A stretch of DNA of 64,000 nucleotides from Euprymna scolopes (GCA_053919585.1 CM132800.1), one strand, 5' to 3'; counted from the stretch's first letter, positions 1-14,033 are shown. The notes: a model not told the origin generated them from the letters alone. Numbers and translations are program-made.

Positions 1-1706
1 TCATTGACTGGCCACAAAAATACATCAACTGGCTAGATGTAAAGCTACTGAAGCTACTAACGCTTCATAAAATATATAGAAATCAGTGTTTGTATTTGCC
101 CAAGGAAGAAGGACTGGGGCTCTCAGATATCAACCACCAACATAGGGCAACTATCGTGAGCACAGGTCAGAGAAGCTCCCACAACCACACACTCTCAATG
201 GTATATGAATATCAAGAGACAAGAGCCAGCAGAACAACATCAGTCACCCAGCTAGCCAAATATTTTGGTCAGAGCTGTCTCATAGATAAGGCTAAAACAA
301 AGAAGCCGGCCACAGAAATAGCAAGAAAGAGTCGGCAGAAATATACCAAGACTTTCCAAAAAAGGAAGCTTGGAGAGTGGGACCAACATCAGCATGCAAA
401 GTATTTTCTGGCGGAACATAGACAAAGAAGGTTCCTTGGACTGGCTCAACAGGGGAGCCCTCCACCATGATTAGGAAAGGCTTATAATGGCTGCTCAAGA
501 TGAGAGATTGATGACCAATGCATTCAAAAAGATGGCAGGTCTCAGTAATGACAACAAATTCAGATTCTGCCACATGGAATTAGAAAGTGTAAGTCATCTG
601 GTATCAAGTTGCAAAGTTCTTTTGGGGGATGGTTACTACACAGCGAGACTGGACCATCTGTAAAAATTTAAACATCTAGTGTAGCAGCAAATCCTGGGAA
701 CATCAACCTGAAAGAACAATTGGAAACAGACCAAACATCAAGGACTAATGTATGATACCAAAAGAAACTGGAATCTTAGGGAGATATCAATCATACCAGT
801 TATTATAGGTGCCACAGAGCTTGCACTTAAGAGAACAGTGAGGATACTGTTACAAGGGAGCATTTCTTTAAAATATTAATAAAAAATCAATAAAACAGTT
901 TAAAATGTGTTCTAAAGTATTCTAGGCAGTCCTAATAATCAAATCCCAAAAGTTTTTATTCACGGAATAGTTTAAAAGCCAGAGTATAATCATAGAAATT
1001 TTAGAAGGATCTAGAAGTTAGAATGATCTAGAAGGTCTCAGAGGGTTCTGAAATAATCTAAAGTGGATTGTGGTGCCATATAAATAGATGTGGAAAGGGA
1101 AGCAGATCAGTTATCAGCTCGAAACCGATAAGGTAACTCCGATCCCTGATTCATGGATAAGTCCAGCCAAAAGAATCCAAAACTAAAGAAAGGAAAATAC
1201 ATCCCCTCAACCCACGGAAAGTCTGCAGAAAATGCTTTTTCGACCAGTGTTAAATAGAATTTTGAAATTTATCTCATTGATCAAACATTTAAAAGAAAAA
1301 CAAAAAATGAATCTTATTGTTATTGAATTTCGTTATTAATAGCAAAGTCTTGCCTGCTGGCTGTTCTTAATTTTGACTACCCTTCCTTCTCCCTCGTAAC
1401 CTTCTCTTCCTCATCCTATTTTTTCACCTGAGTTTCACCAAGCCATTATTTTTTTAGCTTTGATATTCTAAACAGCTGTATCTTTTGTTAACAAACTTTT
1501 TTTGTTTGTTTTGCTATTGTTGTAAATATTTGTGTACAACCTTTTCGTTTATTTTCTTAAAAAGTATCATTTTCCTAAAATCATATTTCATATCGTTCAT
1601 ATTTTTAATTGTTACCTCCTGAACGTAACAATACTAAAAAGAGCTCTCGGTTGGTTTCAGTAAAAAGCAGGGGAATGTTGGCAGCTGGTTTGGCTGCCCC
1701 ATAACC
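1..1706 (+). mobile_element. 3' part of a degenerate RLE-type (R4/Dong-like) non-LTR retrotransposon, interrupted by the solo LTR at 848-1630
   Basis: Frameshifted motifs LYLPKEEGLGL, WLNRG, IMAAQDERLMTNAFKK, zinc knuckle-like FRFCH..ESVSHLVSSC..YTAR, IIPVIIGAT; removing the LTR restores the C-terminus TVRILKRALGWFQ*. Confidence 0.7.
848..1630 (+). mobile_element. Solo LTR (Gypsy-type)
   Basis: Termini TGTTAC...GTAACA, exact 4-bp TSD ATAC (844-847 / 1631-1634), TATAAATAG at 1079; flanks rejoin in frame in the R4-like ORF. Confidence 0.85.
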
Positions 1707-1708
1707 AG

Positions 1709-2239
1709 CATTACAATCTTTAAAGGAAGAAAATGTAAAAAAAAAGAAAAAAAAGCAAGTCCTTCCATTCTTCATCTTTGTTTAAATTATATTCATGCAT
1801 TTTATTTATGTCTTTTTTAGGAGAGTAGCTGACCAAGTGAAAGAAATTATTTCCATAGATGTTCTGTGATATACCGATGCTCTTTATTTTGAATAATTTG
1901 ATTTCTAACAACAAATTATAATGTTGCCTTCATGAAATGACATCATAAGTGAGCTACTAATCCTGGCCAAACTTTTTCACTTTATGTCATTACTTAATTT
2001 AATGAAGAATAAGTTTTATTTTTCATTAAATTTCTTTTCTTTGCTAAACAGTTTCATTAATTTATTCATGTCTAGTCAAGTAACCATTCTAGTATATATT
2101 TAAACCTTAGTGTACATTACAATCTTCAAAGAAAGAAAAAGGAAAAAAAAAAAAAAGAAGTCCTTCCATTCTTCATCTTTGTCTAAATTATATTCATGCA
2201 TTTTATTTACATCTTTTTTAGCAGAGTAGTTGACCAAGT
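1709..2239 (+). repeat. ~130-bp imperfect direct repeat (1709-1838 and 2115-2239)
   Basis: Both copies read cattacaatctt...gtccttccattcttcatctttg...ttttttag(g/c)agagtag(c/t)tgaccaagt. Confidence 0.8.
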
Positions 2240-2491
2240 TTGTAGAATGTACCTGAAGAAAAATCATATCAAAATAAACTCATTTATTCTTGTATTTTTT
2301 ACTTGCACATTTAATGGTAGATATTTGTTTTAAATCTTTTAATTAATTTGAATTAGAGTATATATTAACTATTTAGAATGAAATAATTTAAATTTTTAAA
2401 AATTATGTGAATACCTGAGAAAGTTTTTTTTTCGTATATAGACTGCAATAAAAATTTGTGAGTGGTAACTTTAAATTTTGTTATTTTGCAG

Positions 2492-3256
2492 GTCCATTAA
2501 AGCCTATTGTTTATATTCCTCATGACATCATAAAATAAAAGGCCAACAGAAATAGGACATTTAATCACCAAAAGAATTGCCTTCTCCATTTAAAACAGAT
2601 CGTGTTGAAGAAGACAATTTTGCTATAAAATCAGATCCATCAACTGAAAAGATGAAAATTATTTAAAAAAAACAAAAAAAACTGAAGAATCCCCTAAACC
2701 CCCAATTAATTCGTTTATTATATGGGAAGATGACACAGGAGAGATTACTGCCAATTTATCAGAAAATGGCCTTCTCCCTCATCAAAAGCAAAAAGATTTT
2801 AAAAAATCTATTTCAAATTTTAACACTGAGGACAAGGAAAATTTATATCCTCACTACAGTAACAATATAGATTATGTTTGTTCTGTTTGTCACAAACACT
2901 TTCTTAATTTAGATTTGTGTTTGTGGCACCAGCAACAAGAGCACCCAAATATAGAGTGCAATTTCCTAGAGGTAGAACAGGGTAGCAACATTGCAGACCT
3001 GCACTACCCTATTCCCAATCAGGTTGGTATTCTTGGGCGGTCCATTCTTGACATAAGTATTTGCAAAAATATAAAAGAATACAAAGTCTACAGAAAGTAC
3101 AAATGCACCAAATGCAGTCGTATCTTCTATTCAGTCCCTCGATTGCATTCACACATCATTGAGTGTGGCTCCAGGCTTCCTGGTTTGACTGATAATAATT
3201 GCCAATGCAATGACCTGATGAATGACCTCAAAACTAATATGATACGGCAAGAATGA
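2492..3256 (+). pseudogene. Zinc-finger gene exon (C2H2 + C2HC fingers), disrupted
   Basis: Acceptor ttattttgcag at 2481-2491; stop at 2536 and frameshifts near 2570 and in the A-run at ~2665; open frame 2648-3256 encodes YVCSVCHKHFLNLDLCLWHQQQEHP and YKCTKCSRIFYSVPRLHSHIIEC. Confidence 0.75.
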
Positions 3257-3299
3257 GAGTATATTTTAAATTTTAGTTCAAGTAGGAGAAATTTTTAAT

Positions 3300-3770
3300 A
3301 TTTAGTTTTATCTCATCCGGAGTAATGCTTTTTAGTAAGCTGAATATTCCTGGCATTAAACAGACCCTATGTCACAGTCAGCCCTTGTGGGAAGACGATG
3401 AATAGAGACAGTATTCATTACTAACAGTTTGACTTTTTCTCACATCCCAAACTGTATGATGTCGCATTTGATCAAACAGGCCTTACTTTTTGAAGGCGCT
3501 ATCTGTAATATTGCGGGATTATTAAGATTCAACACTCAACACACGTTTCTTGTATTTGTACCTGCCTATTGTATTGGTGGTTATGCCAGTCACACCTGGA
3601 GGAAGGTACAATGGACAATTTGTGTGATTGTAATCAAGTGACTAATGGAAAGGAACAACTGGATTTTGTGCATTTGCTCACTTTTATATTATTGCAGATA
3701 CTTCAATCAATAATGGATTTCTGTTGTTGATGCACTAGCCATACAACTTTATGGAACAGTATTAGAGAAC
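3300..3770 (+). pseudogene. Degenerate coding-like remnant downstream of the zinc-finger exon, with possible PHD-like Cys motif
   Basis: Homologous to 16615-17200 and 34355-34530; shared frame ..MLFxxLNIxGIKQTLCHxQPL(W)ED..; frameshifted C-x4-C...KVQWxIC(D)DCNQ pattern. Confidence 0.35.
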
Positions 3771-3771
3771 T

Positions 3772-5916
3772 TGTCATAATTTTCTTATAACTTTCTTATT
3801 ATAGTGGCTTTCTCTTTATTTGCATATTTCCTCTCACATGATCTTGCTGTTTACGCTTTTTTCTTTATTTTTTTTTGTCTGAATACTTTTTAAAAAATTT
3901 TATTAACATACTGTTGAACTGGAACCTCCTTCACTTGTCCCAATTCACTAAGTAAACGCCTGTCTTGTAACGTCACTTGTTTAGCATCTGAACAACCAAA
4001 GCTCTCCCCCCCACTCCATCTCCAAGCGACCTGCTTTATATTACATTCATCCATGTAAATCTTGCGAGATTACACGAGACCGTTTCTGTTAAATATCACA
4101 GACACCATCTTGCTTTTTCTTTTTCCTGGCCAACGCGTATGACAAGCAGACACGTAGGCGCTTCACAGGTAGGTTATGTGTATGTCCGTTTCTATTTTCC
4201 CCAGATGCCCCCCTGATCTTATGATCACAAAGATGGCAGGGAGGTGGCGCTCTCTTCTGTCGGGTGCTTCTTCGAAAGGGGACTGTGCAGCCCTCTTGTT
4301 CACTTGCACTCTCATCTGCAGTCTGAGGGTCGAAGAACACTGCCTCCGCTGAGAGGCTACTAATATCAGATTCACTGCTTAATGAGGATGAGGATGGTGC
4401 AAACCAGAACGATAGCCCACTGGCCTCAGACCCAGAGTCGCTCCCGTCATCCAGTGGTGGTTGCAACTGTGTCGCCGGTCTCAGGTCCCTAACATGAGGG
4501 GGGACACCGTCAACCATGACTGACTGCTGACTCACCACATCAGTTACTCGGCCCCGTGTATATCTGTCAGTGCACTGGCATCCTGGCTGCTCCACCCAGA
4601 CAGGATCCCCTAGTGAGTATGACACCTGTCCTTCCTCGTTGGCAACTTCTCTGTTGGGGTAGATTCCCTTTACTCGGACTCGGTATTGATATATTGTGTT
4701 TGCAGGCACTGTTCCTGGAGAGACGCCATCTTTCGGCATGATGTTGTACCAATATACGGCTTCTGAGATGGTGCATTGCTTCCTGGTCGCGATTCTTTTG
4801 ATACTGCGATGGCTCCTCTCAGCAATACCGTTGCCAGATGGCACATAAGCACACCGCAATCGCAGGCACGCCTCTTTCAAAGAACACAGATGACAACTGG
4901 CAAATAATGGAGGAGGAGTCCTGGTGCCTGATTGGTCTCCAGACCTCGAAGCACATAGATCCACAATCAATGAGGGTAAGGAAGTGATTGCCACCGTAAT
5001 GTGTGATATCCATGTCCTCTCTCCGCCATGTACCGCTCACTCCCAATTTCCCTTTTTTCCACTGTATCGGTGCTGGGTCGATTGATTCACATGCTTCGCA
5101 ACTTTCCACTACTCTCTTGACATCTGCTCTTCTTACTTCTGGGTCAACCATCTTGGCAAAATATAGTGTCTGCTTAACCCCTGTGTGTCTGCATTGCTGA
5201 TGAATCTCACTGATACAATCCGCATCCATATTACACGTGACGGTTGCACACGGCTGTTGCAGCATCTCAGAACCTCCCTAGGTATCAGCCAGCAGCCAGC
5301 GTTGTGGTACTCGTGTCAGTGCATCTGCTCTGTTGCTTGCAAACCTGATCAATGTTAAGTCTATGGTCAGGTTGTACTCTTTGATTGTATCGATCAGGGT
5401 GAATTTTTTTTTTCAACCTAATTTTATCGCATGGATAAAATTATTTGACTGGACAGATTCGACATATCTTCCGCAGACCCTCAGGCTAGCAAACTTTGGA
5501 AACTATGGTACTGAAACTTTACTTACTATTTGTCTACTATTGAGATAATCCAGACAAACTCGAAGTCCTTTATCTATACATTTCTGCTACGGTTGCTGAC
5601 GCTATCAAGGGTTGTTCTGAGTTCGAACATGCCATCAAACTACTAAAATCTGTTTGTGACAAGCCTCTCAACATTATTCATGCAAGACATCTACTTTCAA
5701 CACACCTACAATGGGACAATGAGTCCTTAGATCAGTACCTTCAGGCTTTGAATCATCTCTATTTCAAGTAGGGGAGAGTGTTATAATTTTTCTTATAATA
5801 ACTTTTTTATTAAAGTAACTTTCTCTTTATTTGCATATCTCCTCTCACATGATCTTGCCACTTGTATTTTCTATATTTTCTTATTTGAATACTTTCTTTT
5901 TTTTATTTTATTAACA
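3772..5916 (+). mobile_element. Internally deleted Ty3/Gypsy element (5'LTR 3772-3908, gag 5431-5760, PPT, 3'LTR 5779-5916)
   Basis: Two ~137-bp TG..CA direct repeats; PPT aagtaggggagag immediately before 3'LTR; Gag MDKI..DRFD..ASKLWKLW..PDKL..KPLNIIHARHLLST..ESLDQYLQAL; no clear TSD. Confidence 0.8.
3912..5400 (-). mobile_element. Ty3/Gypsy-like 3' fragment (RNase H end, integrase, PPT, 3'LTR ~4205-3912) nested in the previous element
   Basis: ORFs 4819-5265 and 4089-4994: H..H..C..C zinc domain, MDITHYGGNHFLTLIDCGS, YVPSGNGIAERSHR; PPT gatcagggggg; same family as 20455-23712. Confidence 0.85.
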
Positions 5917-8900
5917 TGCATTCCTGGCCACTTGCTGCATTTGTCGTAAAATTCAGCTGAATAAAGCCTTGGGAAAAGGTATTTCTGTATACGTCTTCAT
6001 TACATTACAAAACTTTAAAAATTGCATTTAAAAAAATGAAACACAATACAATTGACTTTTATTTAGTAGTAATTTAAAAAAAAAAAAAAAGAAGCAAAAA
6101 TTCAAAATTAATTTTTTGTATTGTTCTCGTGTAAATAAACATTACAATGTTTCATGGGTTGTAAAAGACAAAATTCATTGTGAAATTGTGAATTGTGAAA
6201 AACATGAAAATAATTTTCTTTACAAACGTTATTAAAATAAAAATATGTAAAGTCAAACAATGTTGATTGTAATTTATTAAATTACAATATCAACTTATGT
6301 TTTGTGTAGAAAATATTGCTGAGTATGATGTTTTTAAAAAGAATACAATCAAATACTGCAGTTCTGAATTTTGTGGACAAACAATTTAATCAAATTAAAA
6401 ACAAATCAAAAATAAGTTTAAAAATGAAAACAATAATTAAAAACTGATAAAATAATGAATTTTGTAAAACTTGTTGAGACAAAAATTCAAAACAGTTTAG
6501 AAATAAATATAATGATAAAGTTAATTTTTGTCCATTTCACTTCTTTAAATTTTGATAAAAAGACTTTAAAGTGTTCTAAAATGTAATTAGAATTCAATAT
6601 TTTAATCATTGGTATTAATGGCCTTTTTCTTATTTCTTGCACAAATTTTTAAAAATATTCTTACATACAAGATCTTTTTGACACAAAAATGAACTATCAA
6701 CATTTTATTCATGCAAAAAGAAACATATTTTAATAGAATTTAAAATAAAAAATGAAGGGCTTTTTAGTCAATATTATTTTATGACTAAGAACTTAAACAA
6801 AAAAAAAATGCTGCCAACAGGTAAAACTTTGACATAAAAATTCAATTTCATATATGTTTGAAAATAAACGAGAATTTTGTATGAAGACAAAGAAAACATT
6901 TTATGCAGCTTTGTTATTGTGTAAAAAAATATTTCAAATTTTCACAATTCACAATATTTGACTCTATAATGTGTATTTTGCTTATAAACTGATACATATT
7001 TAAACGTTCTTTGCTCACATGTTAAATATACTTTTTGAATTCATACTTCATACATTGCAAACTATTTGACTCTACAATGTGGATTATCTTCTGAACTGCC
7101 CATAAAAAGTAAAACCCACACTTTCTCTCATAAACTGATATGGTGTATATATACATGACCTTTGCTCATCAGTTAAATATACTTTTTAAATTCCTATTCA
7201 CACATCTGATTTTAAACTTTTATTTTTTAACTATATTTTACTCTTGTATTTTATATAAATAAATATTGTATTTAAACTTTTGTGGGTCGTTTTATGTTAT
7301 TTTTCACTTGGCTACTTGCTGCTTTTCTTTCATTACTGGTGATCTTCACCCCTGTTAGCGATAAAAGGGGGAATAATTCTAAATAAAGAAAGTATAAGAT
7401 ATCGCCCTTTATAAATCCTTAAAAAATGACTATAGAGTTTCAGGAGGAACTGAGGACAATATGGCAGCTTCGTTTGACCCTTCATATTGTGTTTAAAAAC
7501 ACAATGAGCTTGTCTACTTGTTCTAAGATATCCAATGATTTTGACATCTCCTTTCTCCAAGCACAACAAAATTTGGCGACGAGGGGAGATGAGATTAAAT
7601 ACCAGATCTCAAAAACAAAAACGTAGAAAGTCTAAAAAAAAAAATGTCAGAGAAATCTTTTCTGCACAAAGGAGGAAAAAAATTTTTTTGCACAATAATT
7701 TTTTCTGTGAACACATGAAAAAAAATAAACAAGCAAAAAGAAAACATTTTTGGAGAAAAAACAAAAAGAAAATTTTGTGCACATATGAAAAGAAAAAAAA
7801 ATTCCAAATTTACTTCATGGATCAAAGTTTATTGGAAAAAATATTGCGAAATTAGCAAAGAAAAAATTTTTAAAAGCTCAAAACAATTTAATTGAAACTT
7901 TGACAGCACAATTTCACAAACAATTGATGGAAACGCCAAAATCAATTTCTCTGGACACCGTAGCAAACACAATAACGGATTTTTCATTCAATTTGGATTT
8001 AAAACAGACTTTTACTGTTTGGTATGGACGTTGGAAGGATATATTTCAACACAAATTCGTATCCATAAACGACGCATGAAAATTGCGTTTACTACTTCAC
8101 AAACTGGGCACAGCAGAACATGGAAGATATTCAACCTTCATCCTTCCAAAAAAAACAGGAGATTTCACATTCGATGAAATGATAGCAAAGTTATCACATA
8201 TTTTTGGTGAGTAAGTATCTTTATTTAATTTCTATTACAATTGTTTAAAATTAAAAAAATGTTACAGACGTTTTTGGTTTTTTTTCAAATTATGCTGGAA
8301 TTATCAATCTACAATGCAAAAATTTTCGGTTGAAATCACTGACAGAGAATCAATTCAAATGCCTCATTTTCTTCACAGGGTTACAATTTTCAAAAGATGC
8401 AGACATACACACGCATCTAGTGTCTATGGTTGAAAAAGGCAAAGAAATGATGGTACAAATTCTGACCACAGAATGTCAACAACTTATAAATATAAAATGA
8501 GACACAACAATGGTGCAACAAGTAAACTCATTGGTTTCAAACAACATCAAATTGATAGAGAAATCCTCGACTGGAAATAAAAGAAGCCTCCAACACCCTG
8601 TTGGTCATGTGGGGAGATGTACTATGCTCGTTTTTACCCATTTAAAAAACACATTTGATACCGCTTCAGATATCACTTTAACTTCATGTCCAACATGTGA
8701 GTTGTTAGGAAAACCAACTCTTAAGAAGACAACTCATGTTGCTTGTGGGGCATCAGAAAACAAGATACAACTAACTGGTGAGTTAAAATGCAATGTCTTT
8801 TTTAAAGAAAAAATTTTTCAGGTGTGTGTTATGTTTCTGATGCATCAACCCTGAAAATTCTTGGTTTGGATTTTATGGAAGAACTTGGTCTTTTCAATGT

Positions 8901-9868
8901 TCCCCTAAACTCAATTTTCAATTTATTCAATATTAATGCTGCAGCAGATGTTGAAACACATTTTAAGAACATACTCAAAGCAAAGTTCAGCAATGTTTTT
9001 CAAAAAGGACTTGGACGTTGTTCTAAAGTGACTTTAAAATTGAAGGCAGATGCAAATTCAATCTTCAGAACAAAGTATTCGGTACCATATTCAGCTTAAA
9101 CTACAGTAGAAAAAGAATTGGATCGCCTACAACAAAAAGGAGTAGTCCAACCTGCAAATTACTCATTCTGGGCAGCACCTATTGTCATTGTGAAAAAGGC
9201 TAATGGCAATAGATGCCTATTGTTGGAATTTTATTTTTTTATCGCCGCCGCCTTCAGCAGTGCAAAGGGAAGTAGGGTGGGGGGGATCATCGTTTTGGTT
9301 AGTCTGTAGCATTCATGTTACCCCCTCCCCTTCTCATCTTGGCCCTGTTGTCTAGCAGTAATATGTACAGAGAGGCCTTTTCAGCTGGCGAATGTGTGTG
9401 CATGCGTGCGTCACTCTCTCTCTCCCTTTTTTGTCATTTAAGTCCTTGCGGACATTTCTTTTTTTTTCTCTCTTTTTGTTTAGTGTCTTTCCTTTTTCTT
9501 AGTAGTATCCATTATCATTGCTTAATGGTGGTTGGCTGCTGTGAAAAGAATCCTAGAAATCACTTTCTTGTGCCCTTTTTCAAATCAGTTCCGGATAAGA
9601 CTTCGTGAGAGCAAGTCTCTTTTCTGGGATTCCATCAAGTGCGACCGACATAAAAACTTTCAACCACTTTACTAAGCATAGAGCCGTTGAAATTGGGGTT
9701 TTAAAATACACCTTTTATTGAAAAAGATAAAGTGTGGCAGAGCCTGTCACCATTATATTTTAAACTGTTGAACAAGAGACTCGTCAAAATTGATCTATTT
9801 TCTTTGCCCCTTTTTGAATGGATGAAGTAGCCAGACAAAACTTTTCAGAGAAAAGGAATATTATTTCT

Positions 9869-9909
9869 GAAGAAGAAGAAGAAGAAGAAGAAGAAGAAGA
9901 AGAAGAAGA
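9869..9909 (+). repeat. (GAA)n microsatellite
   Basis: Direct read. Confidence 0.95.
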
Positions 9910-10068
9910 CCCTTTTCTGAGAAAAGGAATTTTATTTTTGGCTCTCCATACTATGAGGAGAGAGAGGCAAACTTTAAAAAAAAAAAAATCCTTTTAAAGG
10001 TTTCGTTTGCTTCAAGAAAAAAAAAACGGACAGGGGAGAAGAAAAAAAATATTCAAAAGAATTTTGTA

Positions 10069-10232
10069 NNNNNNNNNNNNNNNNNNNNNNNNNNNNNNNN
10101 NNNNNNNNNNNNNNNNNNNNNNNNNNNNNNNNNNNNNNNNNNNNNNNNNNNNNNNNNNNNNNNNNNNNNNNNNNNNNNNNNNNNNNNNNNNNNNNNNNNN
10201 NNNNNNNNNNNNNNNNNNNNNNNNNNNNNNNN
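10069..10232. other. Assembly gap (N run)
   Basis: 164 N bases. Confidence 1.
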
Positions 10233-13200
10233 TTTCCTGGGAAAAAAAGACCTTTTTGTTGAAGAACTGAATTTAAAGACTTAAAAGAACTATTTTCTAT
10301 TTTTTGTATGTGCTTTTTCTTTCAGCCTTTTTTTCAAGTAAGAATTGTTTTCTTGTATTTGTTATTTATTTTCATATGTTACCTTAAGGAGTTTTTTAAA
10401 CCCGAGCTTTGGAAAATAAAAACAATCATAATATTTTATTTTATTTTAAATAAATTCGGATCATTTTAATCTCAGTTCGGGTCTGTATTTTATTTGCTCA
10501 TTTCTCTAGTTTCCCATTCTCAGAAAATTTGCTTTACTTGTTTATTTTCTTTTTTTTTTTTCCTTTAATTTGTTACCCCAAAAAAACGGATTTTGGTGAT
10601 GACCACAAAATTCTGACACTATGTGTGGATTTCAGCACAAGATTAAATGACAGACTGGAGACACATCAGTATCCACTACCTGTACCAGAAGATCTGTTCT
10701 CAAAAATCAATAGAGGAACTTGTTTTGCAAAACCGGACCTTGCAGATGCATATCTACAAATGGAAGATGAAGATTCCAAAAATCTTCTCACACTCAACAC
10801 CCACAAGGGATTATTTCAATTTAACTGCCTTCCATTTGAAATCAAGTCAGCTCCAAAAATATTCCAACAAACTATAAATACAATGCTCACAGAATTGCCA
10901 AGAGTTTCCGCCTACATTGATGATATTATTGTTATAGGCAAATCCCAAGAGGAACTTCTGCATCATCTTACTTTAGTGCTGGATCGAATTCAACAATATG
11001 GATTTCACTTAAGACCAGACAAATGCAAATTCTTCCAAACTTTTGTGACATACCTTGGATTCATATTTGACAAAATGGTTGAAAACCAGATCTAGACAAT
11101 ATTCAGGCAATAAAGCATATGGCACCTCCTAAGGATGTTGCAACACTATGATGCTTTCTGAGCCTTATAAGTCATTATGGTTCTTTCTTACCTACACTGC
11201 ACAAGTAACGGGGGCCTTTGAATAATCTTTTACAAAAAGATATCAAATGGAACTGGTCAAGCACATGCAAAATAATCAAAACACTTCTTAGTTCTGATCA
11301 ATTGCTGACACACTACAATTCATAATTAGATATTACTGTTGTGATGGATGCTTCAGACTATGGTGTTGGAGCAGTAATATCACATATTTTTCCTGATGGA
11401 AGCGAAAAAGCCATTGCACACGCATCAAAGTCATTGACACCTACTGAATGAAAGTATAGCCAAATTGAGAAAAAAGCCCTAGCAATTATCTACGTGGTAA
11501 ATAAATTTCACAAAAGTGGTGTTTGGCTGGCATTTTACTCTGATCACAGACTGCAAGTCCTTAATAAGTATTTTTGGTTCCAGGAAAGGGATTCCAGTTT
11601 ATACAGTAAACCACTTACAAAGATGGGCAACTATGCTTTTAGATTACGACTTTTCTATAAAGAACCAACTAGGCAGAAAAATTGGCCAGGCAGATGCGTT
11701 ATCCAGACTCATTTCTTCTCATCAAAAAGTAGTGGAAGACACAGTCATTGTGCTATATCTGTGGAAACTGAAGTTGTCGGTGTGCTGGTTTTGACAGTGG
11801 GATCACTACTCGTCACTTTAGAGATGATCTAGGAGGCTACAGCTGCAAATCCTTTATTACAGAAAGTTTGACATTTTCATCTCACAAACTGGCTAAAAAC
11901 ATGCACTGACTAGCAGCTTTAACCATTTTTTCAGAGATCTTCATCTTAGATCAATGAAACACTTCTCTTGGAGAACATGTTGTCCCATTCAAATTCCAGA
12001 ACAGAGTCCTCGAGCAATTCCACTATGGACACCAGGCAATTTATTGGATGAAAGATTTGGCATGTGAGTATGTGTATTGGCCAAACATGGATAGGCAATT
12101 AGAGGAACTTGTAAAAAGTTATGCTGAATGTCAACTGGTTGCAAAGTCTCCTCAGAAACAACATTGCATGCATGGCCTACCTCAGAAACCCCTTTGATCA
12201 TGACTACATATGAACTTTGCAGGACCAATTAATGGACAACATTATTTAATATTGGTTGATGCTTACAGTAAGTGGCCAGAAGTCTTCCAGATGAACCATA
12301 CTACATGAAATGAAACTGTAAAGAAACTACAAGAAATTTTCAGCAGGTGAGCATTCCCAAAATCATCGTTTCTGATAATGGTACTGCATTTACATCAGCA
12401 GAATTTTCTGACTTCTGTAAACAAAAGTGTTCGGCTTCTTATATCTCCAACTTTCTATCCACAATCAAATGGCCAAGCTGAATGCTTTGTTAACAGATTT
12501 AAGAGCACACTCTTGAAGTTAAAAGGGGAAGAAACTACTCAAGAGATCATAGAAATATTTCTAAGTAGCTACAGAACTACCCCAAATCCAAATTGCTTAA
12601 ATAGAAAGTCTCTGCTGAAGCACTGATGAACAGAAAAATGTTTACCAATGGATGCTATTTGTCCATCATCAAATATTCATCCCAAGAAAAACTGGACGAC
12701 GGAAAACCAATTCAACCGCCATCATGGAGCAAGGTTGCATAAATTCCTACCAGAACAACATGTTTGGCAAAAGACTACCACAATGGTAAATAAAAATGGA
12801 CACAAGGTCATATAGTATGTCGTTCTGGTAATGTAATCTATTATGTGAATGTACAATCATCTATTTGAGTTAGACATGCAAGTCAACTTTGTCACTCATA
12901 TCTTCCAAAGGGAGAATCAAATAGCACAATCATTGCATTAAATATTTTACTGGACACATTTGAATTACCGCCAAATGTTCAAGCAACATGCAGTAAGCAA
13001 AGCAAGTTTGAGAAGAAAGGTCCAATCTGAAGGACGCAACAAAGGTTCACCTCTACAAATAGACCCACATTAAACATCCTACAAATATCATATTTCAAAG
13101 GGAAGATATTATAGCGATAAAGAGGAATAATTCTAAATAAAGAAAGTAAGAGTTATTGCCCTTTATAGAGTTCCAGTTGTTTTATGATAGCCAATGTTCT

Positions 13201-13279
13201 GACATTCCATAATCCCGAACACGTTTTTTTTTTTTATTTAAATCAGAATTCTGGGACCTCAAGCCACATCCTGATTTTA

Positions 13280-13312
<33 letters not shown>

Positions 13313-14033
13313 GTGTTGCTTGTAAGTTTTCCTAGACCCAATGGAATCCACAGTTTAAATAAATTTTAATAGTTTTGTCTTCAAATCAATATCAGACTTC
13401 CATGTTGAAAAAAAATTACCGAAAACCATCAGTGTCATCAAAATTAGGTGTTCCAACAGAAATCATTGGAGATCTGTTGTTAGTGGCATGATTTTAAGAA
13501 GGTTAATGATTATGCAGTGATTTAGATCACTAGAATGTATTTTTTTATGTTTTTAAATACCAAACAATTACTAGATCAAAGATAAAATAATTTCAAACAA
13601 AAATTAACACTGTCATATATCCACCACCAAACCAAATGTAGCATGTAACCTTACCTTTTAAAGTGTGAATTTTATGAAGTCTTGTTTATCAGATAGGACC
13701 AATCATTATGATGTCAGTAGATAAAGAAGATTCAATGAATAGGCCTTTATTTTGAAGAGGCCAAGTTCTATCTTTCCTCCTCTTTCTCCCTCTATCGACC
13801 CTCTTAGCAACTGAAGAAATAGACACACCACATCAGTTTAAAACAGGAATTGAGACTAAACTCTGTTAAAAGATGGTGGCATCAAAGGAACAATTATAAT
13901 GCTGTGAAAGAGAACACTGCAAAAAAAGGATGCAGAATCTCCAAGATACATGGAGAAGCTGATCTATTAAATCCGCTTTAAATGTGTTCAATATCCTATC
14001 AGATAGAGCTTTATAAAATAATAAAACCACATT

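Larger units (their letters stand above)
9221..10618. mobile_element. Solo LTR (or LTR element collapsed in the gap) nested in the RT of the Gypsy element
   Basis: Termini TGTTGGAATT...AATTCTGACA, exact TSD CTAT (9217-9220 / 10619-10622); host RT frame KKANGNRC-L-CVDFST rejoins. Confidence 0.85.
7353..13222 (+). mobile_element. Near full-length degenerate Ty3/Gypsy element (Mag/K02A2.6-like): LTR-PBS-gag-pol-PPT-LTR
   Basis: 5'LTR 7353-7568; PBS TGGCGACGAGG at 7574 (complementary to tRNA-Ser(GCU) 3' end); RT WAAPIVIVKK, DLADAYLQ, AYIDDII; RNase H DASDYGVGA, ITDCKSL; integrase YPQSNGQAE; PPT aaagggaaga 13097-13106; deleted 3'LTR 13107-13222. Confidence 0.9.

Noticed and set aside
1821-2239. 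Duplicated 16-nt micro-exons (ag|..|gt) of the zinc-finger gene
   Set aside because: Weak donor sites and no expression evidence; kept only as a direct repeat.
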